From positions 372,001 to 436,000 of the forward strand of contig AP024668.1 in assembly GCA_024346625.1 (NCBI GenBank): a stretch of 64,000 nucleotides of DNA, written 5' to 3'. The notes under the pieces are model-generated. The model saw only the letters and a program-made list of their open reading frames with translations. It searched no databases and was not told where the DNA came from. This DNA comes from Williopsis jadinii. Its lineage: Eukaryota. Shown here piece after piece: positions 46,612 through 58,819 of this stretch; position 1 is the stretch's first letter, and every line of letters begins with the position of its first letter. A program made the position numbers and the translations under genes.

Positions 46612-47292
46612 TCAAGATCTGTGCTTTAAGGCTTTTGCCAACTCCAAGAGAACAACGTCCTTCTCCTTCTTTGATTTCCCATTGCTACTCTTGGACCAAT
46701 CAGACCCACTTTGCTTGAACACTGGAACGTCGGAGAACTTTGCAGCGCGAGCCTTTAGAAACTCTTCAATCTGCTTAGAGTTGAACTGGTTCACAGAAGT
46801 AAACTCCCCGTTGTTCTCACCAGGAGTAGTCTGCTGATGATTCTTTTTATGATTATGACCATGATGGTTATGATTATGGTGATGATGATTGGTATTATTG
46901 CTGTTGACAGTGGTAGTGCTGGTGGTATGCTTTCCTAAAGTCTGCTCGTCCCGTTTGGATGTTTGGATCGAATCATCAACGTGCCCTGACGCAACCCCAG
47001 TAGGGGAAGATGCCGATTCTGAAACCTTTGGCCTGTCACTCTTCAACTTCCTGGCTGCAATTGAAGCCCAGGCCGAGCTGGGAGTAGAAGGAATCGGCGT
47101 GGCATTTGTAGAACTTGTACTGCTACCTGTAGCTTTTGATACATGTCCCGGTGTCGTTGTTGGCACTTTACTCAACTTCACAGGTGGCTTCGATGGGAGA
47201 CTTGGGGCTCTCGTTAAGCCGCCGGGCGTGTTATTTGTCGTACTTCCCTTTCTGCCATTATTACGTACCTTATCGTTCTTCGCAGATGCCAT
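46612..47292 (-). CDS. PBP4: Pbp4-like low-complexity protein
   Basis: WASIAARKL, FNSKQIEEFL and SDWSKSSNGKSKK...LLELAKAL follow the Pbp4 motif order; PBP4 neighbours MCH1 in S. cerevisiae. Confidence 0.7.
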   Translation of the reverse strand: MASAKNDKVRNNGRKGSTTNNTPGGLTRAPSLPSKPPVKLSKVPTTTPGHVSKATGSSTSSTNATPIPSTPSSAWASIAARKLKSDRPKVSESASSPTGVASGHVDDSIQTSKRDEQTLGKHTTSTTTVNSNNTNHHHHNHNHHGHNHKKNHQQTTPGENNGEFTSVNQFNSKQIEEFLKARAAKFSDVPVFKQSGSDWSKSSNGKSKKEKDVVLLELAKALKHRS

Positions 47293-47566
47293 TTATATAT
47301 TCTTGATCCTCCTCCCTGGTATCTTCAATGTTGACCCTCCTCTCCATTACCGCTGAGATCTGCTTGTCGCTTTGTCAAATTTCTTCAACTTTGTGGTTCC
47401 TCGAAACTCTCCCGCCTGCAACTGTGATTATGTAATCAGGCCGGGTAATGCAGCTTAAAACATCCGTACACCACTTACGACCCGGTCTGAAGTTTAAGCT
47501 ACAACGGTTGCAGCCTGTTCCATGGAAACACCACCAATGTTCATATAGAGCGAAGCATTTTGAACC

Positions 47567-48177
47567 ATGTCGTGGCATAAGAATCTCACAGATCCAATCA
47601 CCTCGTATGTCATTGTGCTTTTATGGTCCATGGTTTAGTTACAAGACTAACAATTGCATAGTAAAGCAGTAGCATCGGTTGAAGCACCACTGGGGTTTAA
47701 TGATCCCGTTAAGGTATGTACTTTATTCAATCGAAACTGTCTGTGCTTGATGACTAACTAAATGATGAACAGGCTAAATCTCCGGCACATGCACAGCCCT
47801 CTCAGAGCCAGTTGGAGGAGTTGAAGAAGAAGAAGATTTGGGACCTTGCGATTGGTCCTGGAAAGCAAATTCCGATGAACCTGTTCATGTCCTGGATGTC
47901 GGGTTCCTCTCTCCAGATCATTCCAATAACTATGACTCTGATGTTGTTCAAGAATACAATCAATGCCATATTGAGCATTAACTCAATGTTCAAACCGCTG
48001 GAAACAAAGAACAATTCAAATGATATCACACTGGCAAAGATTGTATATTTTGCCTTGAACATGGTGATTATCGGTATAGGTCTCTACAAACTGGATACTA
48101 TGGGCCTGGTGCCTCGTAAAACTGGTGATTGGCTAAGCTGGGAGGAACAAACAGTTTGGTCTAATGTTGTTGTTTAG
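47567..48177 (+). CDS. EMC4: ER membrane complex subunit 4; join(47567..47604,47662..47713,47773..48177)
   Basis: KKIWDLAIGPGKQIPMNLFMSWMSGSSLQIIPI...MGLVP...DWL. Two introns (GTATGT...GACTAAC...TAG/CAG) give an open frame from ATG 47567. Confidence 0.9.
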
Positions 48178-48202
48178 TTAAATCAAGTGATACTGTTTAG
48201 TC

Positions 48203-49231
48203 TTATGTAGTTTCTTCCTTCTCTTCTTTCTCTTCTTTCTCTTCTTTCTCTTCTTTCTCTTCTTTCTCTTCTTTCTTTTCTTTCTCTTCTTTCTCTTCTT
48301 TCTCTTCTTTCTCTTCTTTCTCTTCCTTCTCTTCCTTCTTTGACTTGTCGACAACGCCCGAACTCTTCACCCTGGAGTCTCCAATAGATGAATCGCTTTC
48401 CTTCTCAAATATCTGCTGTAAATTGTACTTCTGGTACTTGTCATAGTTGTCAACAACACTCATACCAACATTGTTCTTGAAACATTCCACCAAGATCAAC
48501 TTTTCATAGTTTTTTAAATCAACCTTATGTCCATGCTCATGTCCAACACAACTGGCAACTTTCTGTAAAATATCTGGCTTCTCCAAAGTGTTAAAGTTTC
48601 TTGCACTCACCTTGATTGCAAAGGTGTGAGGCTCTTGACCTTCACTCTTATGGAAATGTGGTGCAAGAACTTTCTTTGCCAATTTCTCAACTTCCTCCAT
48701 TGAAGCACTACAACTGAATGTAATAGGTGTCAACTTCTGTGTAAATCTTGTGCTCTTTGACTTTGAGTCGAATGCATCTTTACAGATTTGTTCAACCAGC
48801 TCCTCAGGACGAATTGGAGGTCTCGTCTTGAAGAACACAACACATTCACATCCGAGATCGATGTTCTGAATCGGCTCTTTCTTCGTTGTATCCTTCTTCT
48901 GCAGACTAGACAATTCTCTCTTCAATGACTCCTCAATGCTCAAGTTTTCATCAGTATCATCTTCATCATCAACGCCCCCCACAAGTGCATCGCCATAAAG
49001 CTTCTCTGCAGTTTCTTGAATCAGCATCTTCATCTCATTAGCACATGACTTCTCCTTACGACGATTGCACGTTGCGTATACACCAGAAGTTTGTGGGTCA
49101 ATGATCCCAGGGTTCAACTTGTACTATTCGCCGTTAGTTTGGAAAAACAATGGCGTCTTATAACAACGGTCATTACTCACCTTCTTAGCACCACCTCTCT
49201 GGTTACCATTACCTCTTCTCTTTTCTCCCAT
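48203..49231 (-). CDS. TAN1: THUMP-domain tRNA acetylation adaptor Tan1; join(49231..49181,49123..48203)
   Basis: GVYATCNRRKE, CECVVFFKT, TRFTQKLTP, HKVDLKNY. A 57-nt intron at 49124-49180 (GTGAGT...AACTAAC...TAG) joins in frame; synteny EMC4-TAN1-SEC15. Confidence 0.92.
48212..48340 (-). repeat. Coding 9-bp minisatellite encoding about 14 EEK units
   Basis: (TTTCTCTTC)n on the plus strand at the TAN1 C-terminus. Confidence 0.9.
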
Positions 49232-49383
49232 TTTGCTCTTGTTAATAGGCCTTTTCCTCCCTTGGACATAGCCATCGAGATGCGATGAGCTCTACCCAAT
49301 GTTGAATTTTTTTTTTGCAGCCTTCGGTCCTCGGAACATTAAACATACATGCTCAACTTCTATATATGTTTTTCATTTCTAAT

Positions 49384-51669
49384 CTAAATACGTAACTTGT
49401 TAATCAAAGAATATGCCTCCTCTGCTTTTAACTGGTCGAAATATTTCAGTCTCTTGCTCTGGTCCTGGTACTCATTCAGGTTTCCTTGTTTTAAGAGATT
49501 GATGGCTTGTCTCAACTTGACAAACATCGACTGAAGAGAGTCCCTTGAGGTGTTTTGATCCCGTGAAGGGTTCAGTTCTTTTGTAACCGCTTCAATGTAG
49601 CAGATATCTCTGTCGAAGTTAGCAACGGCAGCCCTGGTGATCCTTGGTTGTTCCATCATGTTGCTCCAAAACTCCTTTGCGATTAGATCGAACGCTCTAA
49701 AGAGTAATAGTGTCTTCACAGAGAGTGGGAGCTTCAGTAATGCAGAATTGAAAAGATTTTGTAAGAAATCACTGATATCCCTGATAAAGAACGTTGGTTC
49801 TGAATTGACTACATGTCCAGTCCAATCCCAATCAATCAACTCCAGAAGATCACCCATCTTGCTATCAACAAAGTCCATCATCTTCTGCTCGGTATCCTTT
49901 CTCGTTTTACTAAATGCATCAATGGCCTTCAAGGAGATGTTCATCTCATAAACTTCACTCAAGTCTTGCGATATCTCTTTAGACATAATGAGGAAGTACT
50001 CCAAGTTGATCAAATTTTGTGAAAGCTCCTCTCTTGTCAAAGAATCTTTCAACTTTCTCACATAATAGTTATTGATTGCATTCAACAACACATTGTCTAT
50101 GTTCTCAACTGACATTCTGTTCACTGAAGAGGTGTCATACTTATAATACTCCTTCAAGAAGGCGTTTTGTTGTGTCATGTAATTGCGCACCTGTGCACAG
50201 GCCATAGGGTAGATAGTTGAGAAAGGTAAAGTCAACGGGAATTTGATTTGGTCCAGCGATCTATCGTCATCATACCAACAAACACTCGTAATCTTCTTGT
50301 ACAACTTGGCATCGTATATGGACATTGGCATGGAATCATCATCCTCGGCAGAGTGTACAAACTCATTTGTAAATGCAAAATTGGCCAGTTGTGTATACTT
50401 CTTATAACATATGATAAGCAAAGAGTAGAATTGGTCATGATTCATATCATAACGCTCCAGTATGAGACAAAAGATACCAAGCATTCTTTTAATCTCGGTG
50501 ATCTTTGGGATTTCTCTAACTTCGTTGAGGATAAGGTTTCTCAAATGGGTACAGATCTTTGCACTCAAGTTCTCCCAGAGATCATTCATGTTTATGGCAA
50601 TCGTCTCGGGAAGTCTAGCACAAATAGTTCTATAGAAGATCAAATACCCTGTAAGCTTTTGCATAAAGCTTAAAAGTTTTTCATTGTCTTTAACATACTC
50701 TTGGAATGCAAGATTCTTGCTGTCGCTCGGAACAAATGGGTAGAAAACTTTCTCTCTTCTTCTAGACAGCTCGCTGTTAAGCTCATATTTCAATATTTCA
50801 TCTTCTCCCAACGTCTGGAAGATCAAATGTGTATCGTAGATGAATGTGAATTTGATAAAACTTGAAATATGAGGCAGTTCATTTTGCACGTATGAGCTTC
50901 TTAGACTAATCTCCACTGGAGAATTGATCTTGAAACGCTCATACTCCTTTCTTTGGGTTTTAAATTCTTCCCACCGTGTGATGAGACTTGCATAAGCGTT
51001 GAAGTACTCTTCTCCAAAGCTTCCAAACTTTGAATCCAAAGTTCCCAAGTCTCTCTTCAACAGACTAATCGATTCATTTTTGATCAAGTTCTTCAAAATC
51101 GGAATCGACTCGTTGATGTTCTTCAAGAACTGGAAGTCTCTATCGAAGTCCTTGTCCAACGCATTCAAATCGTTTAAATTCTTCAAGGCACTAAAGAACT
51201 TGTTCTCCTTGATCAAGGTGTGGGTTCTGTCCGTGAGCTCAAGCACCTGGAGCACCTTGTTGAGGAGGATCTCAGACTCCTGTATTTTGTTTATGTCTTT
51301 CTTCAACGCGAGCAGCTGGAACTTCTTCTCAAACGTGAGGTTCGAAGTCTTCGCCAAGTGACCGCCAATGTCTTTAATCTGATCGTTCATGCTAGCGGCA
51401 TCAGTTGAGATCTCAGCAATCTCGCTCGCAGCAATGTTGATGCTCTCCTCCTTCTCCGAGACAGCTGCCACCAACTCGTCATCCTTACGCTCGTTCTCAG
51501 AAATGAGCTCCGCCACAAGATCCTTCACCGTGTTCTCCTTAAGATGTGTCTTGATAATGGGCACAAGCTGCTCCAAATAGTTGTTAGAGCTCAACAGACT
51601 CATAGGGTCCGCATCCTTCACAAGTGTGAGCTGCTTGATCGTGTCCTGGGTATCCGCCGTGTCTGCCAT
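49384..51669 (-). CDS. SEC15: Exocyst subunit Sec15
   Basis: YLEQLVPIIK, FFSALKNL, LPFSTIYPMAC, SQNLINLEYF, ELIDWDW; synteny with TAN1. Confidence 0.92.
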   Translation of the reverse strand: MADTADTQDTIKQLTLVKDADPMSLLSSNNYLEQLVPIIKTHLKENTVKDLVAELISENERKDDELVAAVSEKEESINIAASEIAEISTDAASMNDQIKDIGGHLAKTSNLTFEKKFQLLALKKDINKIQESEILLNKVLQVLELTDRTHTLIKENKFFSALKNLNDLNALDKDFDRDFQFLKNINESIPILKNLIKNESISLLKRDLGTLDSKFGSFGEEYFNAYASLITRWEEFKTQRKEYERFKINSPVEISLRSSYVQNELPHISSFIKFTFIYDTHLIFQTLGEDEILKYELNSELSRRREKVFYPFVPSDSKNLAFQEYVKDNEKLLSFMQKLTGYLIFYRTICARLPETIAINMNDLWENLSAKICTHLRNLILNEVREIPKITEIKRMLGIFCLILERYDMNHDQFYSLLIICYKKYTQLANFAFTNEFVHSAEDDDSMPMSIYDAKLYKKITSVCWYDDDRSLDQIKFPLTLPFSTIYPMACAQVRNYMTQQNAFLKEYYKYDTSSVNRMSVENIDNVLLNAINNYYVRKLKDSLTREELSQNLINLEYFLIMSKEISQDLSEVYEMNISLKAIDAFSKTRKDTEQKMMDFVDSKMGDLLELIDWDWTGHVVNSEPTFFIRDISDFLQNLFNSALLKLPLSVKTLLLFRAFDLIAKEFWSNMMEQPRITRAAVANFDRDICYIEAVTKELNPSRDQNTSRDSLQSMFVKLRQAINLLKQGNLNEYQDQSKRLKYFDQLKAEEAYSLINKLRI

Positions 51670-51933
51670 TGACGTTTGGTTGATTCTATTTTAGCCGCCC
51701 AGGGTTCTTTGTTTACTTAGTTGTTGAGAGAAGGGGAAAACGGGCGCACCCGCCGGGGTGAGCTAAGCGTTTGTTGTTCCAAAATGGAAAAAGAAGGATC
51801 AACATTTCGCGAACTACAAAGGCTGGACAAAGGCGGGTAGGGGACGGCTGGAGTAGCTTACGATGAGGATGAGCGCGGACACGACGGTGACAATTACACC
51901 GTTCATTGTCACATAGACATATTAGTTAATTCT

Positions 51934-53202
51934 CTACTTTGCTTCTTCATTTTCCTTCCTTACCTCGTCCTTGTATATGAATTTATCCTCAAGGTAGTAG
52001 ACCCTGTCCTGGAGGTCCTCGATGGTGGCATTTTGAGCCTCAACCATTTTGGCCAACTTCCTGCAATAGTTCCTCGTAGCGGCGATGTCATCGGTATATT
52101 CTCCTCTCAAGGTTTCGAGCTCTTGTCTGAGACGGGTTATTTCCGAGTGGTTGGTCTGAGGAGTTGTGGAGCCGTCTCTGTCCTGGGTGGTGAGGAAGAG
52201 CTTCCTCGTGGAGATGTTGTGGCCTTGAATGTGATACACTTTCGTGACCTTTGTAGTGCCCTTGGCATCTACGGAGTCACTGTCGCTTTCTTCGTCATCA
52301 TCATCAGAATTGGCATCTTGTTTACCATCAATGCCTCCCTCCTCGAGCGTATTCAACTTCTGAGCGTTGATTGTCTTGTGATCATCATCAATCATTGATG
52401 ATTCTGGGAGAGAGAAAGAAACAACTTTCTTCTGTTGTTTGTCCTTGATCTTTGGCTCAGTCTTCATGGTGTTACCTTTATTCTCACCAATACTGCCGGT
52501 TGGTGTATCATTGTCCTTGTCCGCACTCTCATAAGTTCCACTCTTTTCATCCAAGGTCTCTATGGACTTCTTGCTTGGCCTCCCAAGGGCTTTCTTGTTT
52601 AATTTCTCAACCGGCTTCTCATCTGCGTTTCCAGCCACAGCTTCAGCACTTTCAGAATCACCATAGGCACTCAACAGCTCATTATTAACCATATAGCGAA
52701 CGCAAAGGGCAGAATCAAAAATCTCGCTTTCAACTTGTCTCCATGATGCCATCTCTTCATCACCGTAAAATTCGGATGATTGATCCCTCACGACAAGCTC
52801 ACTGGGTAAAGGAAACTCCGGAATCCTTTTCAAGTTTGTTAGAGATGCTTTGTGCTTATCTACAAACTCATTGATAGCTCTTTGCATCATTCTAGATGAA
52901 AACGGTGGTCTATTAGATCCTGTCATTTCCTTGGTTGTGGTGGTCATTCGATGTATCTTCGAGATCAATTTGTTTTCATCACGAACCCTTATAACATCTT
53001 GTTGCACTTTCTTCTCAGCATGCATATTGTAAACCTTTGCTGTGTGCTCCGCTATATCGCTGATTCTCTGTGGGTTCATCAACCGTGAAATATAAATGTA
53101 AATAATGGCAATGAGATCTCTCTCTTTGGGGCTGTAATTCGGCTCCTTGTCCCTGACTTTCTTCTGCTCTTCGACTTTCCTTCTCTTAGATATGTTGGCC
53201 AT
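51934..53202 (-). CDS. Hypothetical protein, 422 aa, with N-terminal basic NLS-like stretch and C-terminal coiled coil
   Basis: Long intact ATG-initiated ORF with protein-like composition; no family recognised. Confidence 0.75.
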   Translation of the reverse strand: MANISKRRKVEEQKKVRDKEPNYSPKERDLIAIIYIYISRLMNPQRISDIAEHTAKVYNMHAEKKVQQDVIRVRDENKLISKIHRMTTTTKEMTGSNRPPFSSRMMQRAINEFVDKHKASLTNLKRIPEFPLPSELVVRDQSSEFYGDEEMASWRQVESEIFDSALCVRYMVNNELLSAYGDSESAEAVAGNADEKPVEKLNKKALGRPSKKSIETLDEKSGTYESADKDNDTPTGSIGENKGNTMKTEPKIKDKQQKKVVSFSLPESSMIDDDHKTINAQKLNTLEEGGIDGKQDANSDDDDEESDSDSVDAKGTTKVTKVYHIQGHNISTRKLFLTTQDRDGSTTPQTNHSEITRLRQELETLRGEYTDDIAATRNYCRKLAKMVEAQNATIEDLQDRVYYLEDKFIYKDEVRKENEEAK

Positions 53203-56177
53203 GATGAACGTTCTCTGTAGAATACCCTAAACAGAATGGCGGCTGTGCTGGATCTGGTTTTGTAACTTGTTTACTTGAAGTGATGAACATGGCCTTAGAA
53301 AAACAGACCGCGCTTTGATGAAATCCGGTTGAATTTGCACCCTCGGATTATATCGGGGATTTTTTCTTCGAAAAGCGTCACCATGACAACTCACGCGATG
53401 CGACAGTGGGCAAACCTTATCTTTGAGCTTCGGACATTATATGAAGACGATAAAGGCTATAACAACTAGCTGTGATCTTGCTGTGAACGGAAAGCAAAGG
53501 AGATTCTCCAAAAGGCTTCAGAGTTTCGGTCCTGTATTCACTAAATTTTAAGGGTAAACTACAAAGCGAGGGTATTCCAATTAATCGGCATAGTTCCGTT
53601 ACCCATTAGTCAGTACCTGGTTAGAAGGCCTTGTTAATGAATACATACGTATCAATTTATGAGCAGATCCTACAAGTGTGTTCTTAGACTATACGGTAAG
53701 CCAATGGATCGCCCAATTCAACTTAATCTTCATGGGTTCAAAAGCATGACATCAAGACACATCTACAAGTTGATCCGTTATGTGTCCTTCCTTCTCGATT
53801 TACCATAAAGACTTGTAACAATTGACTACAGACTCCTGACTCCCGGGTTTTCACTTCTTGTTTCCTGCGGATCATCCTATCTCATGATTCACGATCAGCA
53901 AAACGCACATGGTGTCCTCTGTACAGCGCATGGTTTTCTTATTTAATTATATGTGTCTAATGAAGACAAGTTGCAGCTGTCGCATTGAAAGACTTTGCTT
54001 TCCTTGTTTGGCAGTTCAGATCGATAGAAGCTTTGTTTTGAACAAATTATTACACGAAGCGTCTTGCACGTTTCACTGGCACTGGTAGCAGATGTTCTCC
54101 CATGCAACTCGGAAAACTATGATTTTAGCGCTATACGTTGTTCTTTGTACATGAACTATCGCCTTGTTGTCGTCAATTAGTGACGAGTGAATAGGTAGGG
54201 GGGCATCAAGATGGACGACTGGTTAAGATCAATCTCATCATCCGTCTGTAACAAGTTGCAACATTTGTACTGATATCATAATGAGGGTCCTGTTCTTCTT
54301 TCAAGGTCTGGAATCCGACTCCAGTCCCACGACTCTAAAACCAGCTGCTGTCTTAGTTCAACTTGAACTCTCTGTTCAATATCCACAAGCAAAGCATTGA
54401 TGACGACAGTTGAGTTTGAAAACAAATAGCCTCTTTGAAGTTCGCATTCTTAGTAGTTTCTAGATATACAAGGGTATGGAGAAATCCCGGCCGTCATAAG
54501 CCAAGCTGCCTGTTTCCCTGGCGATCAAGGCTGAAAAAAGAGATTTATAGAAGCATAAACAAATATACAAGTAAATTCATCAACGAGTAACGTACACGGC
54601 TGTAACGTGCAGCAGTACGTGCACCATGGAAAGCTGGTCGCTATCAACACTGCATAAAGTGTGAAAAGTGAAAAGTCAGCACATGAATTGGGTGTTCTAG
54701 TTTCAGTTGAGAGTAATAATTACCGAGAAATAACCAACTAGAATCTGTCTCTATCTTCCGGGTGTCGGTAGACTCTTAGACCTCATCTCATGGGGTTCAG
54801 AGGCTGCATTGCCATACATTACCACATGGCTTGATTACCGGGCATGATGTCACTGCAACTGTGGAAGCCATAAATCGTAATCACTATCCTCCTAACACTG
54901 TGGTCCCTCCTTGATAGGTCCGAACATATCCCAGGAAAGCAACTTGCACCAGGAAGATTACCTTTAGTTCCGGTGAATACATCAGGATATGCTTTTCACT
55001 GCCGATAAGTTTCCGCTTCTGTCATGTGAGTTTCCGCAAAGCTCAAGGTTAATTGGAAAGTTGGTCCTAATCCCTAATGAAAAATCAAAAATAATCTGCT
55101 CATTTGAGCATCATGGAGGTCAATGTCAGTCATCGAGAGGGTTGTAGCCTCACCAAGCCGATGTTTCTTTGGTCCCTATAATTGTCACTCAATCTTAACA
55201 GCCTCCCCCCCCCCCAAAAAAAAGGAAAAAAACTGTCGAGTGCCTCAAGATCCGTAACTTGTCACCTGTAAGGTTTCACGTTTCCATCACAACATCTATG
55301 TGTTATCTGACGTTGCTAGATTATACAGGGCTATCGGCTCTGTTGTAAGATATCAACAGCTCCGGCATATTCTCTTACACATGCTCTTGACCTCGTATCG
55401 GGAAAGTTGTAATCTCCTGGGCTCAAGCTGTATAAACCCACTCAGGACCCACAGCGTTGTTACGTAAGGTGTGGTACGAACATGTCTCGTAGCAACGATT
55501 CTGGGAAATTACACCTGTAAAGCTATGTATAACCCGCGTCAACTTTGCTGGAAACACGCTTTTAATTCCGAATCTTGAGGAGAATTTTCCCGCAAGGTTT
55601 ATGCATTGTTATGTGTTGCAGCGCGGTTCCTGGAGTTTTCGCTTGCGTCTGAGGGTCCCAATCCGGGAAAATGTAAATAGAATGCAAAACACGTTACTGG
55701 ATAGGGAAACAGCAAAAGCAAGAAATGAAACATGGTACATACGGTAGCAATTAAGCAGTTTCAAACTACGCTTAGTATTTCCTTTGGTACTTGCCAATTC
55801 GTGGCCCATATATATAGTGAGTTCTTTCATTTAACTACCCCATATTCATCCCACACGCTGTATCACCGTCCAACACATTCATCCCAGTGCACTTTTTCTG
55901 TGTGTCCCCTTGAGGCTGTGTTTTTCCATCTGTACAATTTTTGTATTCTGTACGCTGTTCTTTCTCTTTGGTCCCTTTCCCTTACTTGGTCAGATTACCT
56001 GTTTCCCTTTTGTCCCTTCCATTTGCCTGTGTGTAATACCATAAGCGCTGTATTTAAAACTTGCAAAGTTGACTGGGAAAAGGCAAGAAACATTCACCAA
56101 CTCTCCACCACACATCCTCACCATCCGCTTCACTCCAAGCGAAACACATCCACTGCGTGTCCGCGCTGCAGCCTACG

Positions 56178-58440
56178 ATGATGGACTTGGACTCACCAAA
56201 GGACCTCATGAAGAACATTGAGAACTTCTTCGGCAACGCTTCACCACAATCACCCTCGTTCCGCTTCGCACTGTCAACACGCCGCCGTCAGAGATCGCAA
56301 AGACAGCCCAAGATGGAGATATCTACAGGGGGTATAGCAAAAGTGCTTTCCGACTCGTTGGATACCCATTCGCCAGGAAGCGCCCTGGCCTTCGATCTAA
56401 ACCAAAACGCTTGCATTAAAGAGTATGTATCACCACGTTTGTGACAGAGACCTGGCTTCCGCCCACAGGACGTGTGAAGCTTTGGCCGTAAAGGACCCGT
56501 CGCCAGTGATTCCCGCCTCATCCAAACCTGAAACATGGGCCTGTTGTCTCATATTTCCCTTCAAACACACCGCCTGTGTGGCTTCCCCTGGCAGTGTGTG
56601 TGTCCCGTATCGACATTGAGCTCAAAGGGGAAATCAATTTCACGCCGAAAAGGGAAAAACAACAAAAACCCAAAGGACCGGTTTTAGGGAAGTGTCTGCG
56701 GATCTGAGAGAAAGGCTTCGACAGATTTTTCTGGCCTGGTTTCTTTACGTCTCACTCTGTCTCTCTTTTTTTTTCTGAAGGGAAGAAATAAATTCAAAAG
56801 TACTAACACTGTTCGTCTTTAGAGAAGATACAAGGTCACCGCCATCCACTGATAGACTGCTTGAGGGTTTCTGTATGAAGTCTGGCAGTGGAAGTGAACC
56901 GACGGGGTCGTCAGACCATTTCGAGGGTCGCCTCAAGAAGCCATCCCAGCTGGATGATCCTCTGTTCTTCGATAGCCCATTGATGCAACCTCCAAAGATA
57001 TATGCGGATCCGGTCGACTTGGACAGAAATTCAAAGACAAGAACATCCTCATCGTCAATTAGAACGATGAGCTCGGTGTCGTCTTTGGAATCCTCATCTT
57101 CTTCCATCTTTTCAAGCTTTGCTAAGCCAGCATTGCCCAAGAGGCCACTTGTTAGGGCTAAGACCTCTATAGGCTCCTCTTCTTCATTTGATCTCACTTC
57201 AAGAGGTCGCTCGACTGAGACCAAATCTACAGACGATCTGATGAAGAAATTGCTAAGCAGCGTTAACGATGAAGATTTGAGCTTTGATACTTTGGACGTA
57301 AATGACGACGAGGATGACTTGGATAAGTTCTGCATGCCATCGCCCATTGCTGAAAGATCAATCAGTGATGATGGACTACACAAAAGGGATTTGGGCTCCC
57401 CATTACAAAAGAAACCTATAAGATCCAAAGTTCGTCGTACACATTCTATGTTTTACTCGACGAAGGAGATTACGGAAACTACAAAAACCTTTGATCCAAC
57501 AACGGAACCTGGATCTCTCAATGACGAGAATGCATCCGAGACTCAGTCGCTATTGGCTAAATCGAAAATCGAAATATTCAATATCAAAAATGATTCCATC
57601 CCAAGAATCACAGTGGAAACTCTCTGTAAAATCCTGGATGGACACTACAAAGAATTCTATGATAGCATTGTTGTTGTGGATTGTCGTTTTGAATACGAAT
57701 ATAAAGGCGGACATATCAATGGTTCTGTAAATGTTTCGTCACAACAGGAACTAGAGGACAGATTTCTCCATAACAGGCCTGATAACGGTAAGAGTCGGTT
57801 GATTGTCTTCCATTGTGAGTTCAGTTCATATAGAGGACCTCTTATGGCCAGCCATCTTAGAACCTGTGACAGAAACGTGAACCAGGATAGATATCCTCAC
57901 TTGGACTACCCAGATATTGTAATCCTTGAAGGTGGGTACAAGTCTTTCTTTGATCTTCAACCAGCCAGATGTTTCCCTCAAAAATATGTGGAGATGAACG
58001 ATGACAAGCACAAGACTGCCTGTGAGAAGGAACTCACACGATTCAGACGTGATTTGAAACGCGTATCGTCTTTCAACAGTCTATCATACACTGCATCTCT
58101 TCAACAGAGCATACATTCATCCTCATCGAGAGGGCTCCATAGACGCACTGCCACTTCAAATGCGGTTCTCTTCGGACGTCGTTCGTCGCTCAAGTCAAAC
58201 TCGCTAGATTTCACACGCAGTAACGTTATGAATTCAAGCCTTAATGAAACTAAAGATGAGGATGAAGAGAACAAACCACCAGCATCTTTGGACTTTGGAT
58301 TTAAGTTTCCACTTTCCGAAAAACTAGCAAGAACCACTAGTCTTGCACAACCTCCTTCTGATGACAAGCATGAGGATTTCCAACCCTCCCAATTAAGCAA
58401 GAGAAAATTGAGCAGATCTTTCACCATTGCTAATATTTGA
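56178..58440 (+). CDS. MIH1: Cdc25-family M-phase inducer phosphatase; join(56178..56422,56823..58440)
   Basis: VDCRFEYEYKGGHI and active site HCEFSSYRGP. A 400-nt intron at 56423-56822 (GTATGT...TACTAAC 56801...TAG) joins the upstream exon in frame. Confidence 0.92.
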
Positions 58441-58819
58441 TATTATCTGGTTCAGCTTGGAGCGTATTCCTGTTAACGATTTTCTGGCAGTACACTTGTG
58501 CATTCCTATTTTATCAGGGTTGGTATCCCAATTATATCACTTTAATGAAATTGCATTTCAAGTCATGATAATATGTAGTATGTGTTATGTAAGCTCTACA
58601 AGTGCTCATGTAGTTGGAAATTAAGTCGGTTATTAATCTGTGAATCTGAAAAGTGCTCTTGTACATCTGGTGGTGCAACATAGCGGAGACATCCGAGAAG
58701 ATAACCATTCCTATGCTTAATAGATGCACCTTGACATAAAACATAGTAGCAAACTGTACAGCACCATCAATGCTGGCACCTCCATCTGCTTTGAATGATA
58801 TCTATCTTATCATCACGCT

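Noticed and set aside
53940..54090. SKVFQCDSCNL as a second Fanzor/TnpB zinc finger
   Set aside because: No EEYTSxxC..C before it and no DRDxN..xNI after it; a single CxxC is insufficient.
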